From: Bacteroidales bacterium
GTDB lineage: Bacteria > Bacteroidota > Bacteroidia > Bacteroidales > UBA10428
Assembly (NCBI GenBank): GCA_016935615.1
Contig: JAFGQO010000192.1
Location: 27,091-91,090 of the forward strand
Reading direction: 5' to 3'
DNA length: 64,000 nucleotides
Shown here piece after piece: positions 55,098 through 64,000 of the stretch (position 1 is the first letter of the stretch; each line of letters begins with the position of its first letter). The notes under the pieces are model-generated. The model saw only the letters and a list, made by a program, of their open reading frames with translations. It was not told where the DNA came from and made no database searches. A program made the position numbers and the translations under genes.

Positions 55098-56657
55098 TTA
55101 ATATCCTTTTGATTTAAGTTTTATGAAAGGCAATATCATTTCTTCCATTGAAATACCACCATGCTGATATGTGTTTGTAAAATATTTTACATAATAATTG
55201 TAGTTATTCGGATAGGCCAGGAAATCATTATTAAATGCAAAAATATACTTTGAACTCACGGTTGATTTTGGAAGTTTTGCATCAGACGGATTTTGTATTT
55301 CAAATACTTCTTTGGAATTATATGAAAGATTTTTGCCCAATTTGTATCTCAGATTTTTTGATGTTGTCTTGTCTCCAATAACCTTGATGGCTCTGTTCAC
55401 CCTGATTGTTCCATGATCTGTTGTTATTACTACCCGGATATTTTTCTCTGAAAGTTCTCTTAATAATTCCATAATGTGTGAATGCCCAAACCAGGATAAA
55501 GTTAATGATCTGTAGGCGGAGTCATTTACAGCAAGTTCCCGGATCATTTCCACATCCGTATTTGCATGAGATAACATATCAACAAAATTGTAAACCAGTA
55601 CGATTAAATCATTTTGAAGAATATTTGAAAGGTTTTCCAGAACTTTTTCTCCCATTCGGTTATTAAAAATTTTCTCAAAAGCAAGTTTTACATTATTCCC
55701 GTTACGTTTTAACTGGTTTTGTAATAGTATTTCTTCAAACTCGTTTTTATTACCCTCATCATCATCGTTTCTCCAGTACTGAGGATACTTTTTCTGCAAT
55801 TCATCCGGCATCAGACCCGAAAAAATTGCATTTCTCGCATACTGTGTAGATGTTGGAAGTATACTGCAAAAAGCTATTTCTTCTTCGGTAAGATAATATT
55901 CATTAATTAAGGGTTGAATTATTCTCCATTGGTCGAATCGTAAATTATCAATCAGTATGAAAACAAGTTTCTTATGCTGCTTCATTTCCGGAAATACAAA
56001 AGTCTGGAAAACTTTGGATGATAACAATGGTGAAGTATCTGAATCAGATTTTAACCATGAAGTATAATTTCTCCTGATAAATTTGCTGAATTCTACATCT
56101 GCTTCGGCCTTCTGCATTCTAAATACATCGTACATATTATTATTCTGAGAATTTTCAAGTTCCAACTCCCAATAGATCAACTTTTTATAAATGTCCACCC
56201 AATCATTAAATGATGCTGCAGAAGAAATTAGCATTCCAATATTTCCAAAATCGACCTGATAGTCTGAGCTGGTTTTTGATTTGATCAATGCTTTGTTATC
56301 AATATTCTTTTTAATTGAAAGCAATATCTGTTTTGGATTAACGGGTTTTATCAGATAATCGGCAATTTTTGAACCAATAGCAGCATCCATAATGTCTTCT
56401 TCTTCACTCTTTGTGATCATCACCACCGGTATTCCGGGTTTGTATTCTTTTATCATATTAAGCGTTTCCAGACCACTCATTCCGGGCATATTTTCATCCA
56501 GGAATATCAGATCAAAATCCTTTGTTTTTACCAAATCAACAGCATCAGCACCATTGCTTGCCGTAGTAACACAATAACCCTTTTCGTTCAGAAATATGAT
56601 ATGTGGCTTCAACAGATCAATTTCATCATCAGTCCATAATATTTGCACCTTCTTCAT
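55098..56657 (-). CDS. porX: response regulator with a PglZ (alkaline-phosphatase-like) output domain, PorX-type
   Basis: 519 aa. The REC domain shows ILWTDDE, DLIFLDENMPGMSG and IKPVN. The PglZ-like domain shows FILIDNLR.DQW and TTDHG. This architecture and length match the T9SS regulator PorX. Confidence 0.72.
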   Translation of the reverse strand: MKKVQILWTDDEIDLLKPHIIFLNEKGYCVTTASNGADAVDLVKTKDFDLIFLDENMPGMSGLETLNMIKEYKPGIPVVMITKSEEEDIMDAAIGSKIADYLIKPVNPKQILLSIKKNIDNKALIKSKTSSDYQVDFGNIGMLISSAASFNDWVDIYKKLIYWELELENSQNNNMYDVFRMQKAEADVEFSKFIRRNYTSWLKSDSDTSPLLSSKVFQTFVFPEMKQHKKLVFILIDNLRFDQWRIIQPLINEYYLTEEEIAFCSILPTSTQYARNAIFSGLMPDELQKKYPQYWRNDDDEGNKNEFEEILLQNQLKRNGNNVKLAFEKIFNNRMGEKVLENLSNILQNDLIVLVYNFVDMLSHANTDVEMIRELAVNDSAYRSLTLSWFGHSHIMELLRELSEKNIRVVITTDHGTIRVNRAIKVIGDKTTSKNLRYKLGKNLSYNSKEVFEIQNPSDAKLPKSTVSSKYIFAFNNDFLAYPNNYNYYVKYFTNTYQHGGISMEEMILPFIKLKSKGY

Positions 56658-56772
56658 ACTGTGATTTTGTTTTTCCGGTATATGAATAAGCCTTTAAAGT
56701 TACTTTAGATTTTTTACTACAAAACCATTTAAGGAGAATAAAAGAGCATTTACAGTATTGTTCCCGAAATAG

Positions 56773-59430
56773 TTAGTACCCGTAATTGTCTTTAAAGAAA
56801 AGAATATATTTTTCAGCTTTATCAGAGTCGGTCAGAGCTTTATAATTCGTTTCAGAAATAACAACGGCTGTAGCCTTTTGAACTTCCACATCCTCAAAGA
56901 TATTTTCATCAAGAATGATCTTTTTCAGGTATATCATTGACTCTTCCCCATTTTTAAATTTGCTTACCATACACAGATTGTTTTTATTATCAAGATTTAC
57001 CTTTTTTACCTCAAGCCTGAGATCATCAAAATTATCAAGATTGAAGTTTAGAATATTGAAAATCAATTGATTGATCCTGGCCTCCGACGGAACAATGTAT
57101 ACAAAATAATGTTCCTCATCAGAAGTTACTGAAAACAATTGTTTTGCTACTTCTCTTTTTTGCAGCTCTATAATTCTGGGTTCTTTGTTTTGCAAATATT
57201 TAATAAGCAATTCTGCATTTTCAGCAAGATCAGTGGATGGGTATCTCTCTTTGAATTTTTGCAAATCCATAATAAAGCTAAGGGTATCCTTTCTTAATCC
57301 CGCTGATATGGTATATAGATAATCATATTTTGCATACAATTCATGTCCCGGGTTATTTTTCATTGCTTTTTCAGCCCGGGCAATAACCTGGTTAAAGTTT
57401 TCGGCCTGAAATAAGCTATAGGTTATATTATATTCTTCGATTTTTGCATGTTCCTGAGACATCAGTTCCTGTAAATAGTTTGGATTGGTCATCAGTTTTG
57501 CATAATTACTGTTTGGGAACTCATTGATGATCTTCTGTTGGTATTTGCTGACTCTGTCTTTATCCTGTTCTATTTTGGCAATCGTGTAAAGTCTGTAATA
57601 TACTTGTAATCGATTTTCATTGCCCGGATAACGATTCAGCAAGTTTTCATAAGATTCAATGGCTTTGGGATTGTCTTTCAGATCTTCTTCATAGATTTCA
57701 CCCATAGTATACAGACCGGTGGATATTTTATTATGAGAAGCCTGTTTTGCCGAGTCGCTAAATGGAATGTACTGCAAATAATATTCACGTGATTTTTTAT
57801 TTGTAATGATTTTAGCAGTCTTTGTTGTTTCCAATTGCTCATCTTCAGACAAAGAAGTTTCAATGTCCAAATCACCAAAACTTATGGAACTTTTGTTTTT
57901 TCTTCGCCAATTGTCCTCCAGCTTTCTGTTTCCCCAAACCTGCATGAATTCTTTTTTACCTAAACTTTTTACTGACGAATTATAAAAATACCAGGCATTT
58001 CCTTGCCCGGCCAATTCGAAATCATTTTTATTGGCCTGAAAATCTATTTGTTGTTGGGCTAACTCCTGTTGTTTTATCATTCTTTCTTCCTCTGCCTTTG
58101 TTTCTCTGTCAATCATTTCATCTATTATCTCATACAATTTGGCCTCTGATAAATAAGAAAGGGCAAGAACACTATCTTCAAAATGAACCGTATTGATAGA
58201 TTCAACCAGTTTGCCGAGGCTTACTGATTTATTTAAGATTACCTTGTAATTCGGATAATTTTCATCAATTAATGTAACTGTACTGTCATAATATGCCTGG
58301 GCGTTGATATAGTCCGGTCTGGAATAATACAAATCAGCAAGAGTAATATTTGTTTTAGCTTTCTGTTTTAAATTGTCTGTACTTGCCTGCAATGATAATT
58401 TATAGTTTTCAATTGCTTTCTCTTCATTTTTATCTTTAAAATATAAATTCCCGAGAGCAAAATAAATCTGATCCTGATAATCAATGTTTTTATCATCCTT
58501 CAACATTTTTCTTAATTCTTTCTCAATGTCTTTTTTCATGCCAGCTCCTGATTGATATGCCAGTGCCCGGCTTATTTTCGCATTAAAAGCCATTTTGTAG
58601 GGGGGATTCATCCGGATTACTTTGCTGTAGTATTCTGATGAAAGAATATTTTCATTTATCTGTGAATACAACTGAGCCAGCAAATACGTATAACGGGTTT
58701 TTACAGGCTTCCTTGAACAGTGTTCAATAGCACTTTTTAAGTGTTCTATGGCTTCATTATACTTTTCCTGTTTAATATAGTAATCTGCTATTGTAGCCTG
58801 GACTTCTCCCTTTAGTTTCTTGGGTAATCCTAGATTTCGCTCAAGTGAATTGAGTAACTCTTCTGATTCTTTGAATCTTGATTCTTCATTAGCCAGCCTG
58901 GCAAGCCACATCCTGGCTTCAAAAATAGAATAGTCTTCCGCATAATTGGATAAAATATAATTGAACACTTCCTCAGCCCTTGAATACTCCATTTTATGAA
59001 AATGAGCCTTCCCCATCAATAAATAAGCTTCGTCTATCCATTTGTTGTATTCTTTCCTACTATAAAATTCCTTTTGTTTGGGACTAAGTTCCTTATCAGC
59101 CTTAATATCAGGTTTAACGGTTAACGAATGCATGGTTATCAGCTTTGTGGCTTTTGTTATACTTCTGTCCATTTCGGGGGCAATGGCAGCCAGGGCATCT
59201 TCTTGTGTATATAAAAATACGGGGATTATTTCTGTAAAGTCATCATCATAACTTTGTTCCAGCTTAAGCATACCTTTATTATAACTTTCCTCACCATTAA
59301 AAAGTATATTGTATTTGCTGGTTAAATTATGATACCACCTGGTTATGCCTGTATTCTTTTTAGTTGAACAAGAAACAATAAGAAAAACAAAAATTGATAT
59401 GCAAACGGAATATTTAAAAATCTTACTCAC
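56773..59430 (-). CDS. large TPR lipoprotein, candidate PorW/SprE-type T9SS component
   Basis: Lipobox FLIVSC. 885 aa with many TPR-like helices and an N-terminal segment RWYHNLTSKYNILFNG. Size and lipoprotein/TPR nature match SprE/PorW as I recall them. Not verifiable here. Confidence 0.45.
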   Translation of the reverse strand: MSKIFKYSVCISIFVFLIVSCSTKKNTGITRWYHNLTSKYNILFNGEESYNKGMLKLEQSYDDDFTEIIPVFLYTQEDALAAIAPEMDRSITKATKLITMHSLTVKPDIKADKELSPKQKEFYSRKEYNKWIDEAYLLMGKAHFHKMEYSRAEEVFNYILSNYAEDYSIFEARMWLARLANEESRFKESEELLNSLERNLGLPKKLKGEVQATIADYYIKQEKYNEAIEHLKSAIEHCSRKPVKTRYTYLLAQLYSQINENILSSEYYSKVIRMNPPYKMAFNAKISRALAYQSGAGMKKDIEKELRKMLKDDKNIDYQDQIYFALGNLYFKDKNEEKAIENYKLSLQASTDNLKQKAKTNITLADLYYSRPDYINAQAYYDSTVTLIDENYPNYKVILNKSVSLGKLVESINTVHFEDSVLALSYLSEAKLYEIIDEMIDRETKAEEERMIKQQELAQQQIDFQANKNDFELAGQGNAWYFYNSSVKSLGKKEFMQVWGNRKLEDNWRRKNKSSISFGDLDIETSLSEDEQLETTKTAKIITNKKSREYYLQYIPFSDSAKQASHNKISTGLYTMGEIYEEDLKDNPKAIESYENLLNRYPGNENRLQVYYRLYTIAKIEQDKDRVSKYQQKIINEFPNSNYAKLMTNPNYLQELMSQEHAKIEEYNITYSLFQAENFNQVIARAEKAMKNNPGHELYAKYDYLYTISAGLRKDTLSFIMDLQKFKERYPSTDLAENAELLIKYLQNKEPRIIELQKREVAKQLFSVTSDEEHYFVYIVPSEARINQLIFNILNFNLDNFDDLRLEVKKVNLDNKNNLCMVSKFKNGEESMIYLKKIILDENIFEDVEVQKATAVVISETNYKALTDSDKAEKYILFFKDNYGY

Positions 59431-59528
59431 TTTATCAGTTTATCGAATAGTATTATGATATAACTCGAAATGCTTAAGTATATTTTGTGTAAAAATATAT
59501 TCTACCTGTGATATAGTAACGATTTATA

Positions 59529-59566
59529 CAAAAAAAATAAAAAGAAGCCAAATAAGATCTTCTTTT
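59529..59566 (-). terminator. rho-independent terminator after the mrp / nifU-like pair
   Basis: The minus strand shows aaaagaag-(11 nt)-cuucuuuu followed by UAUUUUUUUU, about 55 nt past the stop. Confidence 0.55.
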
Positions 59567-59619
59567 CTGTTTATCAGATAACAGAAAATTAATTGGAATC
59601 AATGAAATATGAATGCATA

Positions 59620-59865
59620 CTAAACAGATACCAGCTCTTTCAACTCCGGAAGTTCGTTGCGTATTGTTTGTTCTATGCCTGCTTTGAGAGTTTGCATACT
59701 AAACGGACAACCAGCACACGCACCAACAAGCTTCACTTTAACAACCAAATCTTCCGTAATTTCAATCAGTTCAACATCTCCTCCATCAGATATTAAATAC
59801 GGACGAATGGATTCGAGAGCATGAGTTACTTTTTCCAATACCTGTTTTTTGCTTAAACTGGCCAT
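59620..59865 (-). CDS. NifU-like C-terminal domain protein
   Basis: 81 aa with IRPYLISDGGDVELIE and GACAGCPFS motifs. Confidence 0.88.
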   Translation of the reverse strand: MASLSKKQVLEKVTHALESIRPYLISDGGDVELIEITEDLVVKVKLVGACAGCPFSMQTLKAGIEQTIRNELPELKELVSV

Positions 59866-59866
59866 G

Positions 59867-60994
59867 TTATTTGTTTTTTAATTCAGACCCGGATTGATGT
59901 GCAATTTCAACTTTTTGTGTTGGTTCAATATTTGCATTTCTTTTTATGATTTCTATTCTTAAAGCCTCGGCAATATTCCGGAAGACTTTCCCGGGAATAT
60001 CATTTTTAATAACTGCGGGAGTGCCATTATCACTTCCTTCACGGATACTTTGTACTATGGGTATTTGTCCCAACAATGGAATTTGAAGTTGTTGTGCCAA
60101 TTTAACACCACCCTCTTTACCAAATATATAATATTTATGATCCGGCAATTCTGCCGGTGTAAACCATGACATATTCTCAACCAGTCCTAATACCGGGACA
60201 TTTATGGCTTTGTTCCGGAACATATTTACTCCTTTGATTGCATCGGCAAGGGCTACATCCTGCGGTGTACTTACAATAATAGCTCCTGTAACCGGAACCG
60301 TCTGAACAAGCGTTAAATGGATATCACTTGTGCCCGGAGGTAAGTCAACGAATAAATAATCAAGCTCTCCCCAGTCTGTATCATTCATTAACTGTTTTAA
60401 AGCATTGGATGCCATTGGTCCTCTCCATACTGTTGCATCCTGAGGATCAATAAAAAATCCAATGGACAATATTTTCATCCGATGCTTTTCAATCGGTACA
60501 AGCATATCTTTACCTTCAACCCGGATTACTTCCGGCCTTTGATTTTCTAATCCCAACATTTTAGGTATCGATGGACCAAATATATCTGCATCAATTAATC
60601 CGACCCTGGCCCCGGTATTAGCAAAAGCAATGGCAAGATTTGTTGCTACAGTTGATTTTCCAACTCCTCCTTTCCCCGAAGCAACAGCAAGAATATTCTT
60701 TACACCAGGCAAAGGCTCGTTTTCTGTTTTTGGCCGAACTGGATTAATATTTGCTTCTATTCCAACTTCTATCTCTAACCGATCAGAAAATTTTTCTTTC
60801 AGTTTTATTTCGCAAGCTTTTTTAATTGATGATTTTAAGGGATCGTTAACAGAAGGGAAGTTCAGATTAAATGAAATTTTCTTACTATCTATATGCATAT
60901 CTTTAACCATTCCCAGGCTAACAATATCTTTGCCGGACGCGGGATGAATTATGGTTTTGCATAGTTCAATTACATCCTTCTCTTGAATTTGCAT
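59867..60994 (-). CDS. apbC: Mrp/NBP35 (ApbC) Fe-S cluster carrier ATPase
   Basis: N-terminal DUF59-like segment, deviant Walker A ASGKGGVGKST, DLPPGT, and a CxxC-free Bacteroidota-type C-terminus. Length is 375 aa. Confidence 0.9.
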   Translation of the reverse strand: MQIQEKDVIELCKTIIHPASGKDIVSLGMVKDMHIDSKKISFNLNFPSVNDPLKSSIKKACEIKLKEKFSDRLEIEVGIEANINPVRPKTENEPLPGVKNILAVASGKGGVGKSTVATNLAIAFANTGARVGLIDADIFGPSIPKMLGLENQRPEVIRVEGKDMLVPIEKHRMKILSIGFFIDPQDATVWRGPMASNALKQLMNDTDWGELDYLFVDLPPGTSDIHLTLVQTVPVTGAIIVSTPQDVALADAIKGVNMFRNKAINVPVLGLVENMSWFTPAELPDHKYYIFGKEGGVKLAQQLQIPLLGQIPIVQSIREGSDNGTPAVIKNDIPGKVFRNIAEALRIEIIKRNANIEPTQKVEIAHQSGSELKNK

Positions 60995-61043
60995 TTGTCT
61001 ATATTTAATCTAAATAAGAAGAAACAAATATACGAGTTTTTAT

Positions 61044-61412
61044 TCAGATTAAATTGGAACAAGGATCCCAAAACTTCTTTTCAAAATCAATTACCTGATC
61101 ATCAATTACCAAAGTCCCTTCACTTTCCAGCAGTTCCTGCATTAATTCGGGATGCCTGAAATGATATTTCCCGGTCAGTATACCATTTCTGTTCACCACC
61201 CTGTGCGCCGGTATATATCCTGTACTTGTATGAGAATTATTCAATGCCCATCCTACCATTCGCGATGCTCCCGGTGATCCTATGCACCTGGCTATGGCCC
61301 CATAGGTTGTAACCCTTCCTTCCGGAATTGTTTTGGTTATATCATATACCAGTTGAAAAAAATTCTCGCTTCTTTCAGATCGCAGGGACTTCTTCAATGG
61401 CATGATCTCCAT
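61044..61412 (-). CDS. MGMT-family DNA-binding protein lacking the acceptor cysteine (alkyltransferase-like, ATL)
   Basis: Contains GRVTTYGAIA...GSPGASRMVGWAL. The motif IPAHRVVN stands where alkyltransferases have PCHRV. The start is at 61412 or 61403, and either overlaps the trmB 3' end. Confidence 0.75.
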   Translation of the reverse strand: MEIMPLKKSLRSERSENFFQLVYDITKTIPEGRVTTYGAIARCIGSPGASRMVGWALNNSHTSTGYIPAHRVVNRNGILTGKYHFRHPELMQELLESEGTLVIDDQVIDFEKKFWDPCSNLI

Positions 61413-62070
61413 TTAATTTAAAACACAGATAATGAATACTTAACTCCTGTTCCAGCCACATTCTTTCATAATAGGTTTTAATCATCAGGACTTTCTCAGG
61501 TTCAGGGAGAGTATACAGATTGTCAGTGCTGAACTCAATCTGAAGTTTATTGTATTCAGCAATAGTCAAAGTATAGTTATAAAATTCAGGGTTATCAGTT
61601 TTTAAATGAACCAAACCATCCGCTTTTAAAAAGCTTTTATACATGTTCAGAAATCTGGCAGAAGTAAGCCTTTTTCTGTTTTTCTTTAACTGTGGATCAG
61701 GAAAGGTGATCCATATTTCACTCACTTCATCTCTTGAAAAAAAAGAATCTATAAAATCAATCCTTGTCCGGATAAATCCAACATTGGCAATTCCATTATG
61801 CAAAGCTATTTTTGCACCCTTCCAGATTCTTGCCCCTTTGATATCAATTCCCAGAAAATTTCTTTCACGAAACAATCTTGCCATCTCTACAGAATATTCT
61901 CCTCTTCCACATCCCAATTCAACAGTAATCGGAAGGTCTTCAGTAAAAAAGTCGGTATTCCACCTCCCTTTCAGGAAAAAGTCTTTATGAAAAACTTCTC
62001 TGAACGATGGTTGAATGACGTTCTGAAAAGATTTCATTTCAGAAAATTTTTGCAACTTTCCAATCGACAC
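61375..62070 (-). CDS. trmB: tRNA (guanine46-N7)-methyltransferase TrmB
   Basis: 231 aa with the SAM motif VELGCGRGEY and the motifs FPDPQLKK and HLKTDN. Confidence 0.9.
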   Translation of the reverse strand: MSIGKLQKFSEMKSFQNVIQPSFREVFHKDFFLKGRWNTDFFTEDLPITVELGCGRGEYSVEMARLFRERNFLGIDIKGARIWKGAKIALHNGIANVGFIRTRIDFIDSFFSRDEVSEIWITFPDPQLKKNRKRLTSARFLNMYKSFLKADGLVHLKTDNPEFYNYTLTIAEYNKLQIEFSTDNLYTLPEPEKVLMIKTYYERMWLEQELSIHYLCFKLNGDHAIEEVPAI

Positions 62071-62078
62071 AAATAAAA

Positions 62079-62624
62079 CTATTGGTGGTATTGTAATTTA
62101 AATCCTATATCCATAATCCCTTCAAGCATTGAATCTCGCATTGCATGCTGAAGTGATACTTTGTATATTCCTCTGTTAATAAAATATACATTTTCTTTAT
62201 AAGGAACCTGCATCTCGTTGACATCACCTATACCTTTTCCAAACCATCTGCCCTTTTCATCCGATAAAGCAATCTCAATAGTATCTGTAAGCACATTCCC
62301 ACCAGGAGCAAAAGTTTTTACAAAAAGCCAGATATTACTATAATGATATGCACCTGAATTTCTGATAAGTAAGTACAGATCATAGGACCTCGACGTGTCA
62401 GAAACCGTAAATTCAAAGTCAAGGATCTCATCATAAACCCATATGTCGGAAGATATAGTATATGTTTTATCGTAAATTTCTCCCGTATTGCAGGAAGAAA
62501 AATTCAATACTATAAGAATGCCAAAAAGAATTTTTAAGCATTGTACGATTTTAGCTTCTTTTATTCTGATGATGTTTGCTTTTATTGTTTTTTGTTTTTT
62601 CTTGCTTTCCCGGTGTATCTTCAA
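62079..62624 (-). CDS. gldH: gliding-motility lipoprotein GldH-like
   Basis: Lipobox LNFSSC. The mature part is about 140 aa with Y.YSNIWLF......G......I.I.L.D..G.W.GKG. Position after a PSP1/RicT-like gene as in Flavobacterium. The only canonical start (62624) overlaps the upstream gene by 74 nt. Confidence 0.6.
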   Translation of the reverse strand: MKIHRESKKKQKTIKANIIRIKEAKIVQCLKILFGILIVLNFSSCNTGEIYDKTYTISSDIWVYDEILDFEFTVSDTSRSYDLYLLIRNSGAYHYSNIWLFVKTFAPGGNVLTDTIEIALSDEKGRWFGKGIGDVNEMQVPYKENVYFINRGIYKVSLQHAMRDSMLEGIMDIGFKLQYHQ

Positions 62625-63708
62625 ATCTTGTAAGACTTTCTATTCCTGCTGAATTTTGATACTCGATAACCGATGCAATGGATGCCTCTTCTATTCCCTG
62701 CAATTGTTCAGGCAATTCTCCTTTTTCATTCATCTTTAATATCTCATTTACATGATCAACAGTAAGGCAGGTTATACTTTGTTTATGTTCTGATTCCATA
62801 CTATACCACATCAAACGTTTGAAAACATCCGTTTTCTGATGAAATGCTTTACCTTGTTTTGTTTCAAGAGGTCTGGATGTATCAGGAAAATCTTCCTGGG
62901 CATCAAGATAAACATCAAGTTCATAATTTAAACAGCATTTTAGCTTACTGCATTGTCCGGCCAGTTTTTGCGGATTCAGCGAAACTTCCTGAAAGCGTGC
63001 TGCATTTGTTGTAACTGATACAAAATTTGTTATCCATTTTGAACAGCATAATTCACGCCCGCAAGCTCCTATTCCTCCAATTCTTCCGGCCTCCTGCCTT
63101 GCCCCTATCTGACGCATTTCAATCCTCACCCTGAATTCTTCAGCCAATACTTTAATGAGTTCCCGAAAATCAACCCTTTCATCAGCAATATAATAGAAAA
63201 TCGCTTTGGTCTTATCTCCCTGGTATTCAACATCCCCAATTTTCATATCAAGCTTCAGCTCAGCAGCAATCTGCCTTGCTTTGATCATTGTCTGATCTTC
63301 CAGGGCTATCGCCTCATTCCATTTGTCTATATCTGTTTGTTTTGCTTTACGGTAAATCTTTTTATATTCCTGGTCTTTATAATCAATCCCTTCATTTATC
63401 AATTTTAACAAAACAATCTGGCCCGTTAAAGATACTACTCCGATATCATGACCCGGAGAAGCTTCCACTGCTACAATATCACCTTTTTTCAAAGGCAAAT
63501 GATTGGAATTCTGATAATATGCTTTCCTTGTATTTTTAAATCTGATCTCTGCGATCTCCGGAAAATCACTCATCAGCGATATGTCTTTCAACCAATCAAA
63601 AGAAGTAAGTTTCCCGCATGATCTCAAACACCTTTCAATATTTTGTTCAGAATGCCCTTCTCCGGGTTCGATGTTTTTGTTGGTATCTTGTATATTCTGA
63701 TCACTCAT
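62551..63708 (-). CDS. PSP1-domain protein (YaaT/RicT-like)
   Basis: PSP1 C-terminal domain with Cys-rich segments (GACGRELCCSKWI, GQCSKLKCCLNYE). The probable start is MSDQNIQD at 63708; the ORF extends to 63750. Synteny with holB. Confidence 0.85.
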   Translation of the reverse strand: MSDQNIQDTNKNIEPGEGHSEQNIERCLRSCGKLTSFDWLKDISLMSDFPEIAEIRFKNTRKAYYQNSNHLPLKKGDIVAVEASPGHDIGVVSLTGQIVLLKLINEGIDYKDQEYKKIYRKAKQTDIDKWNEAIALEDQTMIKARQIAAELKLDMKIGDVEYQGDKTKAIFYYIADERVDFRELIKVLAEEFRVRIEMRQIGARQEAGRIGGIGACGRELCCSKWITNFVSVTTNAARFQEVSLNPQKLAGQCSKLKCCLNYELDVYLDAQEDFPDTSRPLETKQGKAFHQKTDVFKRLMWYSMESEHKQSITCLTVDHVNEILKMNEKGELPEQLQGIEEASIASVIEYQNSAGIESLTRFEDTPGKQEKTKNNKSKHHQNKRS

Positions 63709-63780
63709 ATTTTCAATCTTACTTTGAAACAGCAAATCTAAAAAAAACAACAGACTTAAAATCTTACTTATTCGGTTATT

Positions 63781-64000
63781 TCATTGTTTTTTACTTCCCC
63801 GGTATTTTTTATTTGGTATAAGTTTCATGAATTGCAGGACCATATCAAACAAAACAATCTTTGCATAGGCATTTCTTTCAACATCCAGATATGCCTTATT
63901 GAGCTCCTCATAGACCCTTATGACGTTTCCCCCGTTTATAAAGGGGTGAAATTTTTTTGAAAAAACTTCTTCGTTTTTTGTTAAATAATTCAAGTCCGGA
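63781..64000 (-). CDS. DNA polymerase III delta-prime subunit (HolB), C-terminal part; the gene starts outside the window
   Basis: The frame is open to the window edge. The helical C-terminal region and the conserved holB-ricT synteny support the call. The sequence alone is weakly diagnostic. Confidence 0.45.
   Translation of the reverse strand, partial: PDLNYLTKNEEVFSKKFHPFINGGNVIRVYEELNKAYLDVERNAYAKIVLFDMVLQFMKLIPNKKYRGSKKQ

Noticed and set aside
1-64000. Search for a defence island, mobile element, CRISPR-Cas, toxin-antitoxin pair, retron or DGR, or tRNA/rRNA genes
   Set aside because: No integrase, transposase, recombinase, reverse transcriptase, nuclease/helicase defence-type ORFs or cas genes appear in the translations. 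Spacers are short and AT-rich, and none looks like a tRNA cloverleaf. I cannot run tRNA or ncRNA covariance models, so small RNAs cannot be excluded.

Overview
The window reads as a contiguous chromosomal segment of an AT-rich Bacteroidota genome. Lineage hallmarks are a fused LpxC/FabZ, a SusC/SusD pair with a hybrid two-component regulator, T9SS C-terminal sorting domains, GldH and PorX homologues, and TAnnTTTG-type -7 boxes. About 50 intact CDS are packed with short spacers. Housekeeping blocks are a sigma-54 activator (partial) with an LptE-like gene and secG, groES-groEL, rimP-nusA-infB, an HD protein with lpxD-lpxC/fabZ-lpxA, thiL, and sufBCDSE plus a DUF59 gene. Further blocks are queG, yjbQ, a yhhQ-like transporter, an AlaDH-family gene, tsaE, mrp/nifU-like genes, trmB, and ricT-like/holB (partial). 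Accessory content is an arabinan-type PUL (HTCS, SusC, SusD, three GH43, one GH51, a LamG protein) at about 34.7-51.8 kb. Two of its proteins carry T9SS sorting domains. Other accessory genes are a TonB-dependent receptor with a small lipoprotein, and a minus-strand operon encoding a TPR-TM-PP2C-receiver protein, a DUF1987/SiaC-like protein, a secreted 5x Ig-like repeat protein and a cupin. I saw no rRNA, tRNA, CRISPR array, transposase, integrase or recognisable defence genes, and no convincing complete novel system. The points most worth a second look are listed below.
- The orphan SiaA/SiaC-like partner-switch operon at 5301-10155.
- A roughly 100-nt in-phase heptanucleotide (NNNGTRA) array after groEL, with smaller stutter arrays in other convergent spacers.
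- A perfect 3 x 27-bp hairpin-containing tandem repeat in a GC-rich patch upstream of the HTCS gene.
- A terminator-like attenuator hairpin in the rimP-nusA-infB leader.
- Shared G-free leader motifs in two PUL genes.
- A protein that is only a signal peptide plus a T9SS sorting domain.
All calls come from reading the translations and the sequence by eye. No searches or computations were run.
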